DNA from: Bacteroidia bacterium
GTDB lineage: Bacteria > Bacteroidota > Bacteroidia > J057 > JADKCL01
NCBI GenBank assembly: GCA_020635905.1
Contig: JACJYV010000004.1
Span: 243,142 to 307,141, forward strand
Direction: 5' to 3'
Length of the DNA stretch: 64,000 bases
Part shown: positions 45,638-54,947 of the stretch, one piece after another
Layout: each line of letters opens with the position of its first letter
How positions within the stretch are numbered: position 1 is the stretch's first letter
The notes under the pieces: model-generated
Told to the model about the DNA's origin: nothing
Databases searched by the model: none
What the model saw: only the letters and a program-made list of their open reading frames with translations
Translations under genes and position numbers: made by a program

Positions 45638-47080
45638 TTACATTCCTTCCGTGAAAGTCTCAAACGACAGTTTGAGATAGGGGAGAATGGCGTTGGTACC
45701 CTTATTGCTTTCCTCAAATTCCTCCAGCAGTTTTTTGAGTTGCTGCAGTTTCTTGGTGGTCCGTCCGCCCTGGCGGTTGGTCAGGATTTTTAGGAAAATA
45801 CGTCCATTTTCGTAATTCGAGAAGGTGGACTTTTTCAACTGCCTTTGCAGACTGAGGATCAATTGGTTGGCCAGGTCACTTTCGCCCAGCAGCACGTAGG
45901 AAAGAGCCAGGAACATTTTGACTTCCACATCCACATGCGGGTTTTTGCGCAGGCTCACCTCGTTGCGCACCCGGTAAAGGATACGGGAGGAATTTTCAAA
46001 ATCCTTCTTATAAAAGGAGGCGTAAGCCTTGAAAAGGTTGAAATTGATGTAGGTAACCAGACGGTAGGAATCAATTTCGATTTTATCAATGTACTCAGCG
46101 ATATCCTGTTGCAGGAGGTCGAGTGTGCCATATTCCTGGTGACGCAGCAGTTTGAAAAACAGGATGGAAGAGCAATCCATGCCAAAGTTGAAGCCCTTGA
46201 GCAGGTCTTCAATCTTATAGTCCAAAAGTTCGAAGTAGATCTGCTCGCGGTCGCGGTCTCCGTTTCTGCGGTAGTAGGTATAGCGCAAAAAGTCGAAAAT
46301 CAGGTTGAGGTTTTTGAAAAGAATGTCGTCAGGATTTTTTTCCAGGATTTCGAAAGACTTCTCAAACAACTCATTATCAGATTCCATGATCACGCTCATG
46401 CGGTCGGGCAGTTCCACAAACTGACTGGAAAAGAGGTGGATGATGGCCATGGAAATAAACAGCCTCTGCGAGGTGTAGAGGTTGTTTTGGTTGTGAATTT
46501 TCTCAACCGTGCGAATCAACTCGTTATAGTCGCGTTCACGGCGGGCCAGGTAATAGCGGTCGTAAATGCGGAAAAAAGTCATCACGGTCTCCATGGCCTT
46601 GTCATTGGCCAGGTAAAAGGCGACCGCCTGATTATACTTCTGGTCGTACTCCACCCGATGGTTGTCATCGTGGCTGTGCAGCATTTTCAGCGCCCTGTAC
46701 ACCACCATCAGCACGAGGGAGTTGTCCTCGTCCAGCATGGTTTTTTCCAGCCTTTTGAGGGTGGTAACGGCGATTTCGCGGGGACTTTGAAAGATCAGGT
46801 CATATACTTTGAACACCTTCTGGATGGCCTCCATTTTGGGGTCTCCCAAACGGTTCAACAAAAAATCCTCAACTTTCTGGTTGAGGCGTGATTTGAGTAC
46901 ATAAAAGGCGGATGCAGAAATTTCCTGTTTTTCCAGGAAGTCCTCGACGGGATTATCGCTTTCCCGAATGGTTTTCAGGAAGAGCGCGCTCTTCTCAGCT
47001 TTGTTTGATGTAAGGTTTTGGTAAATATCAAGAAACTCCTCGTCAGAAAGTTGTTTGATGATCGTGTACAGTGCATCCAT
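45638..47080 (-). CDS. hypothetical protein, all-helical (TPR-like?)
   Basis: 480-aa ORF with good coding appearance. Rich in K/E/L/Y/F, with no TM segment or signal peptide. No motif I can name. Confidence 0.5.
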   Translation of the reverse strand: MDALYTIIKQLSDEEFLDIYQNLTSNKAEKSALFLKTIRESDNPVEDFLEKQEISASAFYVLKSRLNQKVEDFLLNRLGDPKMEAIQKVFKVYDLIFQSPREIAVTTLKRLEKTMLDEDNSLVLMVVYRALKMLHSHDDNHRVEYDQKYNQAVAFYLANDKAMETVMTFFRIYDRYYLARRERDYNELIRTVEKIHNQNNLYTSQRLFISMAIIHLFSSQFVELPDRMSVIMESDNELFEKSFEILEKNPDDILFKNLNLIFDFLRYTYYRRNGDRDREQIYFELLDYKIEDLLKGFNFGMDCSSILFFKLLRHQEYGTLDLLQQDIAEYIDKIEIDSYRLVTYINFNLFKAYASFYKKDFENSSRILYRVRNEVSLRKNPHVDVEVKMFLALSYVLLGESDLANQLILSLQRQLKKSTFSNYENGRIFLKILTNRQGGRTTKKLQQLKKLLEEFEESNKGTNAILPYLKLSFETFTEGM

Positions 47081-47286
47081 ATATCTTGAACCGATTTCCT
47101 AATTATCCGTACTTCGTTACTTTTCCAAATTATTGCATCTGAAATGCTACATGAATCAGACACTAATTAAACTATAATTTTTCACCAATCGTAGCCTCCG
47201 AATTACTATGTAAGAATTTTATTTCTTTTGTTATTTAAAATATATGGGGGGATATGCATATTTGTATAGGATTGAAGTTAAGATAC

Positions 47287-47334
47287 TTTAGTTTAGTTAG
47301 TTTAGTTGGTTTGTTAGTTTAGTTAGTTGGTTGG
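47287..47334. repeat. low-complexity TTTAG/TTAG/TTGG tract
   Basis: tttagtttagttagtttagttggtttgttagtttagttagttggttgg. Less regular than the heptad tracts. Confidence 0.6.
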
Positions 47335-47358
47335 CCTGTTCTTTTCGAAGTTCAGGCC
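47333..47358. other. hairpin abutting the mazG stop
   Basis: GGCCTG..CTTttcgAAG..CAGGCC, followed by T8 on the plus strand. On the minus strand (mazG sense) there is no U-tract. Confidence 0.3.
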
Positions 47359-47365
47359 TCTTTTT

Positions 47366-48154
47366 TTAGCGGGCATTTTTCTTGGCCTGCTCCCAGTACA
47401 CATCCATCTCTTTCAGGTTCAAATCCTTCAGATTTTTCCCCTCCTTTTCAATGGCTTCCTCAATGAATTCAAAACGCTTTTTGAATTTGTGGTTGGTGCG
47501 GTTGAGGGCGTCGTCGGGATTGATGCCAATGAAGCGGGCATAATTCACAAGGGAAAAAAGAATATCCCCAAATTCGTCTTCCAGCTTTTCCTTTGCGGCA
47601 CCCTTTTCGGCTTCTTCCTTGAATTCGCCCAGTTCTTCCTGCACCTTCAGCCACACATCCTGAGGATTATCCCAATCAAAACCCACATTCCTCACTTTCT
47701 CCTGAATGCGCAGGGCCTTGATCAGGGAAGGCATGCTGTTGGGCACTCCATCGAGCACCCGTTTCTTCTTCTGATTCTTCTTTTCGGCCATTTTGATCTC
47801 CTCCCAATTACGCAAAACCTTGTCTGTGGAGTCGGCCTGCACATCGCCGTAGATATGAGGGTGACGGCGAATCAGCTTTTCTGTGAGGGTGGTGATCATC
47901 TCTTCCGTGGAAAATTTGTTTTCTTCCTCCCCAATGCGGCTGTAAAACAAGACATGCAGGAGAATATCCCCCAATTCCACCTTCATTTCGTCCCAGTCGT
48001 CGTCCAGGATAGAATCTGAAAGCTCGTAAACCTCTTCAATGGTGAGGTGACGGAGACTTTCGCGGGTTTGCTCCTTGTCCCAGGGGCATTTTTCCCTGAG
48101 TTCGTGGACCACTTCAAAAAGACGGGAGAAGGCAGGAAGGAGCTGTTCATTCAT
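47366..48154 (-). CDS. mazG: nucleoside triphosphate pyrophosphohydrolase MazG
   Basis: 262 aa with two MazG repeats: EEVYEL...E.GD.L and LQEELGEFKEE...EFGDILFSLVN. Confidence 0.9.
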   Translation of the reverse strand: MNEQLLPAFSRLFEVVHELREKCPWDKEQTRESLRHLTIEEVYELSDSILDDDWDEMKVELGDILLHVLFYSRIGEEENKFSTEEMITTLTEKLIRRHPHIYGDVQADSTDKVLRNWEEIKMAEKKNQKKKRVLDGVPNSMPSLIKALRIQEKVRNVGFDWDNPQDVWLKVQEELGEFKEEAEKGAAKEKLEDEFGDILFSLVNYARFIGINPDDALNRTNHKFKKRFEFIEEAIEKEGKNLKDLNLKEMDVYWEQAKKNAR

Positions 48155-48173
48155 AATATTCTGCGATTTGCGG

Positions 48174-48181
48174 CAAATATA
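48174..48181 (-). promoter_or_regulatory. Bacteroidota-type -7 promoter box (TATATTTG) for mazG
   Basis: Perfect TAnnTTTG on the minus strand, 19 nt upstream of ATG 48154. Confidence 0.55.
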
Positions 48182-48564
48182 TAAAAAAAAAGCCCCTGGT
48201 TAAGGATTCCCGGGGCATGTCTGAAAGTGATTTGGTGAAAAAAAGGAAGGTACTACTATGAAAAAGGCGTGTTTGTAAACTGAAAAAAAGTGGTTCGAAA
48301 TAACTTCTAAAGTGGAGGTTCGGGTTCAATTTGGGTAAAATTTTTCTTCATACCCTTGCTTTTGGCCTGAACGGTCAGTTTTGGGGTGACAATGGAAATA
48401 ATCATTTCATGAAAGGAAATATTACTCAACAGAAATCGTTAGCAATGTCACAACCACGCTTGAATTTCCCCGTTTAAGATTTTCCCGCATTATTTTCCCG
48501 CATTAAATTTCGCGCAATTTGTTTTCTGACTCCTGAAAACTGCTTTCCTTCATTGAATTATTCA

Positions 48565-51500
48565 ATGAAAAGGAGGAAATTCAACTTCAAATACTACGAA
48601 ATGTCACACCTCAGCCGTCTCTTTCTCACTGTTTTAGGAGCAGCCACCCTGCTGATTCTTATTTCCGCATTTCAACCCAAACCCCACAAACACAAGCCCA
48701 TGCTTACTTTTCAGCCCGGGGACACCTACGAAGACCTTTGGAAAAAGGTGGATTCCCTCAAAAATCAGGGCTTGCCCGAGTCGGCCCTGGAAGTGGTCAA
48801 CCTGATTTACGGCAAGGCCAGCCAGGATCACAACGACGCCCAGGTGGCCAAATCTTTGATTCACGTGATGCTTTTTACCGCGGCGAAGGAGGAGGAATCC
48901 ATTGTGAAAAATATTGGTCGCATGGAGGAAGAGATCAAGAAGGCACATTTTCCCCTGAAACCCGTGCTGCAATCCATGCTGGCTGAAAGCTATTATTCCT
49001 ATTACAGCAATAATTACTGGCGATTTCAAAATCGCTCAGAGACGGTCAGTTTTGACAATCTGGACATCCGTACCTGGGACCTGACCAAGGTCAGGAATGA
49101 GATTTACGCCCTGCACCAGGCCGCTTTGGAAAACAGGGACAGCCTCAAAAGAACCCCTCTTTCCCTTTTCAACGACATTCTCCAGTTGCAAACTGGCAGC
49201 CAGGATTACCGCGGCACCCTGTTCGATTTTCTGGCTCACCGCGCCATTTCCTTCTATTCCAACGACTTATTGCAGGTGAATCAGCCTGCCTGGAAATTTG
49301 ATCTGGACCAGGAAGAGGTGTTTTTGCCCGCCAAACAGTTTGCCAAACTGCAAATAACCACCCGCGACACTGGCTCCAATAAGTATAATGCCTTTTTGCT
49401 GTATCAGGATCTGGTTGATTTCCATTTAGGAGACACGGATCCCATGGCCCTGATTGATCTGGAGCGAAATCGCCTGACCTGGATGCGGTCCCATTCCGTG
49501 CTGGGTTATGCAGACAGTCTTTACCTGCAGGCTCTGGTCAGTCTGGAGAAAACCTATCCCAATCATCCTGAGATTGCCCAGGTGGGCTACGACATTGCCC
49601 GTCATTTAAACGAGCAGGGTGGCCAGTACACCCCAGGTTCTGAGCACCCCAACCGTTGGAAAATCCGCGATGCCTGGCAAAAATGTGCCGAGGTAATCAA
49701 AACCTGGAAAGCAGAAAATCCCGGGGTAATCAATTGTAAATCCCTGCAAATCGAGATTGAAACCACTTCCATTTCCGTTACCCATGAGGAGGTAAATCTG
49801 CCCGGTCAACCTTGTCGTGCACTGGTGACCTATGATAATGTGCCCAAATTATACCTGAAACTGGCCCGCCTGGAGCCTCAGCAATGGGACAACCTCAGTA
49901 ATATCTACGACGAGCAAAAGCTGGAAGCCCTCAAAAAACTGCCCGTGGTGAAGGAATGGAGCCAGGATCTGCCATTGGAAGGCGATTACCAGAGCCACCT
50001 GGCCGAGATTGAGATTCCCGGCCTGGAACTGGGTGAGTACGTTTTGCTGGCTTCCTCCTCCAATGAATTCGTTTTCAATGAGCACCAGATTTCCTTTTCG
50101 CGCATCTGGTATTCCAATCTTTCCTACAGCGCCCGCCTCGACAATAAATACGATATGTCTGTGCTGGTGCAGGACCGCGAATCGGGCGAACCCCTGAAAG
50201 GGGCCAAAGTAAGGCTGCTCAACCGCGAATACGATTACAACAGCCGTTTGTATCGCTTCATTGAAAAGGGGAATTACACCACAGACGATCAGGGTTGGGT
50301 CAAAATTCCTGCTCCATCCTCAGGCAGCCGCTACTTTAATCTGGAAGTGCGCAATGGAAAAGATCGTCTCAGCCTGAACGACAGCTACAGCCAGTATTAT
50401 TCTTCGAATAATTCTCCTCAATCTGTCCTGAGAACCACCTTTTTTATGGATCGCATGATCTATCGCCCGGGGCAGACCATTTATTTCAAAGGTCTGGTGC
50501 TGGAATTCAAGGGCGAAAATGCTTCCCTGAAAACCAATTACAAAACCACGGTTTATTTCATAGATCCCAATTATCAAACTGTTTCCACCCTCGAAGTGAC
50601 CACCAATGAATATGGAACATTCAGTGGCACTTTTACCGCTCCCCTGGGCCAGCTCAACGGGCAGTTTCACCTGCAGGACGGCAACAGTTCCCAGTATTTC
50701 AGGGTGGAAGATTATAAGCGACCCAAATTTGAAGTGAAATTCGAGCCTGTAAAAGGGAGTTTTGCCCTGGGCGGGCTGGTCAAAGTGAAGGGAAATGCCC
50801 TGGCTTACGCGGGTTCTACCATTGACGACGCCAAAGTGGCTTACCGCGTGGTGCGTCAGACCCGTTTTCCTTGGTGCTGGGGCTGGAGATGGTATCCCAG
50901 CACGGCCGACATGGAAATCACTTCAGGAGAGGTGAAAACAGACGCTGCGGGTGATTTTGAAATCGAATTCAATGCCATTCCCGACAAATCTGTGAGCAGC
51001 AAATACCTGCCTCAGTTCAATTTCATCGTCTATGCAGACGTGACGGACGTTTCAGGCGAAACCCATTCCACCCAAACTTACGTGAATGTGGGCTACGTAG
51101 CCCTGAATGCAGATTTGGTCCTGCCTGCCCAACTCGACAAGGACACAAAGTATAAAGGATTTGCCATTCGCACCACCAACCTGAACGGACAGTTCGAGCC
51201 CGCCAAAGGCAGCATTTCCCTGCAAAAACTCCGTTCTCCCAATCGTCTCATGCGCAATCGCCTGTGGGCCAAACCCGACATGTTTGTAATGAAGAAAGAG
51301 GAATTTTTGCAGAAATTTCCCCTGGATATCTACGATAATGAGGCCGATCACACACAATGGGAAGTGGAAAAGGAGGTATTCAAAACCCAGTTTGACACAG
51401 AAAAGGACGACTCACTGCAAATTCCAGGGCTGAAAGACTTTGCCGAAGGCATGTACAAAGCCATCCTGAAAACGAAGGATAAATTCGGCAAGGAAGTGAG

Positions 51501-54500
51501 CAAGGAATACTTTGTGCAGGTCTTTCAGGCCTCAGGTAAGAAGGTGGCTTTGCCCGTCATGAGCACGTTTGTGGACCGCAAAGTGATGGCTGAGCCTGGC
51601 GAAAAAGCTTCCATTCAGGTGGGAACTGCAGCTCAAAAAGTGAAGGTATTGTGCGAGGTGGAATGGAAGGGAACCGTGGTTAAACAGGAATGGATCACCC
51701 TCAACAATGAAAAAATCAATTACGAGCAATTGATTCCTGAAAATTATCGCGGGAACTTCAGTCTGAATTTTCATTTTGTACGCCATGGCCGCCGTGAAAG
51801 CCACCAGCGGGTGGTCACTGTACCCTGGACCAATAAACAGTTGAAACTGGAATTTGAAACCTTCCGCGACAAACTGGAGCCAGGTGCCAAAGAGGAATGG
51901 AAAGTGAAAATTGCAGGCCCGGGCGGTGAAATGGCCGCTGCAGAAATGGTGGCTGCCATGTATGACGCCTCTCTGGACGCATTCGCCCCCAATTATTTCA
52001 GCTTTTCCTGCTATCCCATCCATTATTCCTATCTCAACTGGCAGCACAGCAGTGGATTTTCCAGTGAGACGGGCTCAATTCTGAACCATTATTACAACCG
52101 TGGCATTGGGTACAGAAATCAGTCTTATGATTATCTGAACTGGTTTGGCTATACCCTGGGATACAATTATTTCAACTATCGCTACAAAAGCGTTTCCCGC
52201 AGCGGGGCCGTTTTTGATGCAGAGGGGGATTTTGGTGGTGCTGAATTGGAGGAATCTGGTAATGCTGACGGCTGGGCGGATGATATGGACAAAGATGCAC
52301 CTGCACCCATGGAAAAAAGTGTCCTTTCCAAGGAATCTGCAGAGGACGAGACCCTGTCTGCAGGAGAGAATCGCAGGGAAGTTCAGCAGAAGAATCTGGA
52401 TGGTAAATTGGGAGGAGATCAGGGTGAAGTGAGCATCCGTACCAATCTCAATGAAACAGCCTTTTTCTTCCCTCATTTGCGAACCAATGAAAAAGGGGAA
52501 GTCATTTTCTCCTTTACCATGCCCGAAGCCCTTACCCGCTGGAAATTTTTGGGTTTTGCCCACACCAAAGACCTGAAATACGGTCAGATGAGCGGGGAAA
52601 CCGTCACCCAGAAAGAACTGATGGTGATGCCTCACCGTCCTCGTTTTTTCCGGGAAAATGACCGCATTGTCTTTACTGCAAAAGTTTCAAATCTGGCCGA
52701 AAATGCCCTCAATGGTACTGCCAAACTGGAATTGTACAACGCCCTGAACATGGAGCCCGTGGATGCCATTTTCGGCAACAGCAATTCAAGCCGTAATTTT
52801 TCCGTGGAAAAAGGCCGCAGCACGGGTCTGGAATGGGAACTGACCATTCCAGAAGGGGTTCAGGCCGTGACCTATCGTGTGATTGCCCGTGCGGGCAATC
52901 ATTCAGACGGGGAGGAAGATGCCCTTCCCGTACTCACCAACCGCATGTTGGTGACTGAGGGACTGCCGCTACCCTTGCGCCCCCGACAGAAAAAGGATTT
53001 CACCTTTACCAAACTGGTGGAAAATAAATCCACCACCCTCAAACACCAGAAAATTACTCTGGAATTTACCTCCAATCCTGCCTGGTACGCGGTGCAGGCC
53101 CTGCCTTACCTCATGGAATACCCCTATGAGTGCGCAGAACAGACCTTCTCCCGTTTCTACGCCAACAGTCTGGCTACCCACGTGGCCAATTCTCATCCCC
53201 GCATCAAGCAGGTGTTTGAAAGCTGGAAAAACACAGATAAGGAAGCCCTGCTCTCCAACCTGGAGAAAAATCAGGAACTCAAATACCTCTTGCTGGAGGA
53301 AATGCCCTGGGTGTTGAATGCCCAGGATGAAACTGAGCGCAAGAAAAGGGTGGGACTGCTCTTTGATCTCAATAAAATGGCCTCAGAACTGGAATCAGCG
53401 CTGAAAAAGCTGCAGAAATCCCAGGCCTCCAACGGAGGCTGGCCCTGGTTTCCGGGCATGCCCGACAATCGCTACATCACCCAGCATATTGCAACGGGGC
53501 TTGGGCACCTGGATCACCTCGGGGTAAAAAATGTACGCGAAGACAGCAAAACCTGGACCATGACCCAAAGTGCGCTTCGTTACCTGGATGACCGCATCCG
53601 CGAAGATTATGAATTATTGCTGAGGTATAAGGCAGATTTGAGCAAAAACCACCTGGGACAGCTTCAGTGCCAATATTTGTATGCCCGTTCCTATTTCAAA
53701 GATGTACCTGTGAGTAAGCAAAATCAGGTGGCATTTGATTACTACCTGAAGCAGGCAGAAACCTACTGGCTCGATCAGGGCAAATACACCCAGGGGATGA
53801 TTGCGCTGGCCCTGCATCGTTATGAAAAGCCGCAAACTCCTGCCAAAATCATCAAATCCCTGAAGGAACATTCCCTCAAAAACGAGGAAATGGGCATGTA
53901 CTGGGCCGACAACACAGGCGGCTGGTACTGGTACCAGGCCCCCATAGAAACCCAGGCCCTCCTGATCGAGGCCTTTGATGAGGTCGCCAATGACCAGGCT
54001 TCCGTGGAAGAAATGAAACTCTGGTTGCTCAAACAAAAGCAGACCACTGACTGGAAAACCACCAAGGCCACGGCTGAAGCCTGCTATGCCTTGCTGCTGC
54101 GCGGCACTGATCTGCTGGCTGAATCCAAACTTGCTGAAATCACCATGGGAGGTCAGAAAATCGATCCCACGACCATGGAAGATGTGAAAGTGGAGGCGGG
54201 CACAGGCTATTTCAAAACCTCCTGGACTGGCAAGGAGATCACGCAGGATTTGGGTAAAATTTCGGTGAATAATCCCAATAATGTGGCAGCCTGGGGCGCG
54301 GTTTACTGGCAATATTTCGAGCAACTGGATAAAATTACTTTTGCAGAAACGCCCCTGAAGTTGTCCAAAGAGCTGTTTCGGGAGGAAATGACCGACCGTG
54401 GACCCATTTTGCGTCCGCTGAAAGCGGGCGCAGTGCTCACCCCGGGTGACAAAGTCAAGGTGCGCATTGAGATTCGCACTGACCGCGATCTGGAGTACGT

Positions 54501-54771
54501 GCACCTGAAAGACATGCGGGCCAGCGGATTTGAGCCCATCAACGTGCTGTCACAGTACAAGTACCAGGATGGGCTGGGCTATTATGAAAGCACCCGGGAC
54601 GCGGCCACCAACTTCTTCATCTCCTGGTTGGGAAAAGGGACCTACGTGTTTGAGTACCCCCTGCGGGTCAGCCACAAAGGTGACTTCTCCAACGGCATCA
54701 CCACCATTCAGTGCATGTATGCACCCGAATTCACCGCCCACTCAGAAGGAGTGCGGGTAGTGGTAAAGTAG
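48565..54771 (+). CDS. alpha-2-macroglobulin family protein with thioester motif
   Basis: About 2,068 aa. Repeated MG-type beta domains, the thioester site YPYECAEQT (CAEQ at 53131-53142), and a C-terminal receptor-binding-like domain. The start could be TTG 48553, ATG 48565 or ATG 48601. Confidence 0.9.
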   Translation: MKRRKFNFKYYEMSHLSRLFLTVLGAATLLILISAFQPKPHKHKPMLTFQPGDTYEDLWKKVDSLKNQGLPESALEVVNLIYGKASQDHNDAQVAKSLIHVMLFTAAKEEESIVKNIGRMEEEIKKAHFPLKPVLQSMLAESYYSYYSNNYWRFQNRSETVSFDNLDIRTWDLTKVRNEIYALHQAALENRDSLKRTPLSLFNDILQLQTGSQDYRGTLFDFLAHRAISFYSNDLLQVNQPAWKFDLDQEEVFLPAKQFAKLQITTRDTGSNKYNAFLLYQDLVDFHLGDTDPMALIDLERNRLTWMRSHSVLGYADSLYLQALVSLEKTYPNHPEIAQVGYDIARHLNEQGGQYTPGSEHPNRWKIRDAWQKCAEVIKTWKAENPGVINCKSLQIEIETTSISVTHEEVNLPGQPCRALVTYDNVPKLYLKLARLEPQQWDNLSNIYDEQKLEALKKLPVVKEWSQDLPLEGDYQSHLAEIEIPGLELGEYVLLASSSNEFVFNEHQISFSRIWYSNLSYSARLDNKYDMSVLVQDRESGEPLKGAKVRLLNREYDYNSRLYRFIEKGNYTTDDQGWVKIPAPSSGSRYFNLEVRNGKDRLSLNDSYSQYYSSNNSPQSVLRTTFFMDRMIYRPGQTIYFKGLVLEFKGENASLKTNYKTTVYFIDPNYQTVSTLEVTTNEYGTFSGTFTAPLGQLNGQFHLQDGNSSQYFRVEDYKRPKFEVKFEPVKGSFALGGLVKVKGNALAYAGSTIDDAKVAYRVVRQTRFPWCWGWRWYPSTADMEITSGEVKTDAAGDFEIEFNAIPDKSVSSKYLPQFNFIVYADVTDVSGETHSTQTYVNVGYVALNADLVLPAQLDKDTKYKGFAIRTTNLNGQFEPAKGSISLQKLRSPNRLMRNRLWAKPDMFVMKKEEFLQKFPLDIYDNEADHTQWEVEKEVFKTQFDTEKDDSLQIPGLKDFAEGMYKAILKTKDKFGKEVSKEYFVQVFQASGKKVALPVMSTFVDRKVMAEPGEKASIQVGTAAQKVKVLCEVEWKGTVVKQEWITLNNEKINYEQLIPENYRGNFSLNFHFVRHGRRESHQRVVTVPWTNKQLKLEFETFRDKLEPGAKEEWKVKIAGPGGEMAAAEMVAAMYDASLDAFAPNYFSFSCYPIHYSYLNWQHSSGFSSETGSILNHYYNRGIGYRNQSYDYLNWFGYTLGYNYFNYRYKSVSRSGAVFDAEGDFGGAELEESGNADGWADDMDKDAPAPMEKSVLSKESAEDETLSAGENRREVQQKNLDGKLGGDQGEVSIRTNLNETAFFFPHLRTNEKGEVIFSFTMPEALTRWKFLGFAHTKDLKYGQMSGETVTQKELMVMPHRPRFFRENDRIVFTAKVSNLAENALNGTAKLELYNALNMEPVDAIFGNSNSSRNFSVEKGRSTGLEWELTIPEGVQAVTYRVIARAGNHSDGEEDALPVLTNRMLVTEGLPLPLRPRQKKDFTFTKLVENKSTTLKHQKITLEFTSNPAWYAVQALPYLMEYPYECAEQTFSRFYANSLATHVANSHPRIKQVFESWKNTDKEALLSNLEKNQELKYLLLEEMPWVLNAQDETERKKRVGLLFDLNKMASELESALKKLQKSQASNGGWPWFPGMPDNRYITQHIATGLGHLDHLGVKNVREDSKTWTMTQSALRYLDDRIREDYELLLRYKADLSKNHLGQLQCQYLYARSYFKDVPVSKQNQVAFDYYLKQAETYWLDQGKYTQGMIALALHRYEKPQTPAKIIKSLKEHSLKNEEMGMYWADNTGGWYWYQAPIETQALLIEAFDEVANDQASVEEMKLWLLKQKQTTDWKTTKATAEACYALLLRGTDLLAESKLAEITMGGQKIDPTTMEDVKVEAGTGYFKTSWTGKEITQDLGKISVNNPNNVAAWGAVYWQYFEQLDKITFAETPLKLSKELFREEMTDRGPILRPLKAGAVLTPGDKVKVRIEIRTDRDLEYVHLKDMRASGFEPINVLSQYKYQDGLGYYESTRDAATNFFISWLGKGTYVFEYPLRVSHKGDFSNGITTIQCMYAPEFTAHSEGVRVVVK

Positions 54772-54947
54772 CTGCAAGCTACGAGCTGGGGGCTGCCTGC
54801 TTCGGGCATCTGGCTGGAAGCTATTATCGGCCAGCGGTCAGTTGGCAAAGTAAAGCAAATGGGTTTTGCTAATCCATTCAATACTAAGGACTCAGGACTC
54901 CCGACTAAGGACTATTCTCTAAAATCTGACATCTAAAAATCTAACAT
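54772..54947. repeat. heptanucleotide-phased intergenic tract (R9)
   Basis: Exactly 25 units (24 x 7 nt plus one 8-nt unit = 176 nt) fill the gap from the stop at 54771 to the convergent stop at 54948. 16 units start with CT. Confidence 0.9.

Noticed and set aside
45845-46891. Long antisense ORFs in the track: 45845-46891 (+, 348 aa), 30551-31768 (+, 405 aa), 53614-54504 (-, 296 aa), 13821-14621 (+), 18335-19042 (-), 27239-27910 (+), 21608-22309 (+), 59300-59986 (-), 62851-63327 and 63421-63972 (-).
   Set aside because: Each lies wholly opposite a gene with strong family motifs. Their translations are low-complexity (rich in H, G, V, Q, F), with no motifs and no sensible starts. This is typical of shadow ORFs on the antisense strand of codon-biased genes.
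47333-47368. Hairpin plus T8 run at the mazG stop as a mazG terminator.
   Set aside because: The T-run follows the hairpin only on the plus strand, while mazG is on the minus strand, where the hairpin is followed by AACCAAC. It is kept as an unexplained hairpin and not called a terminator.
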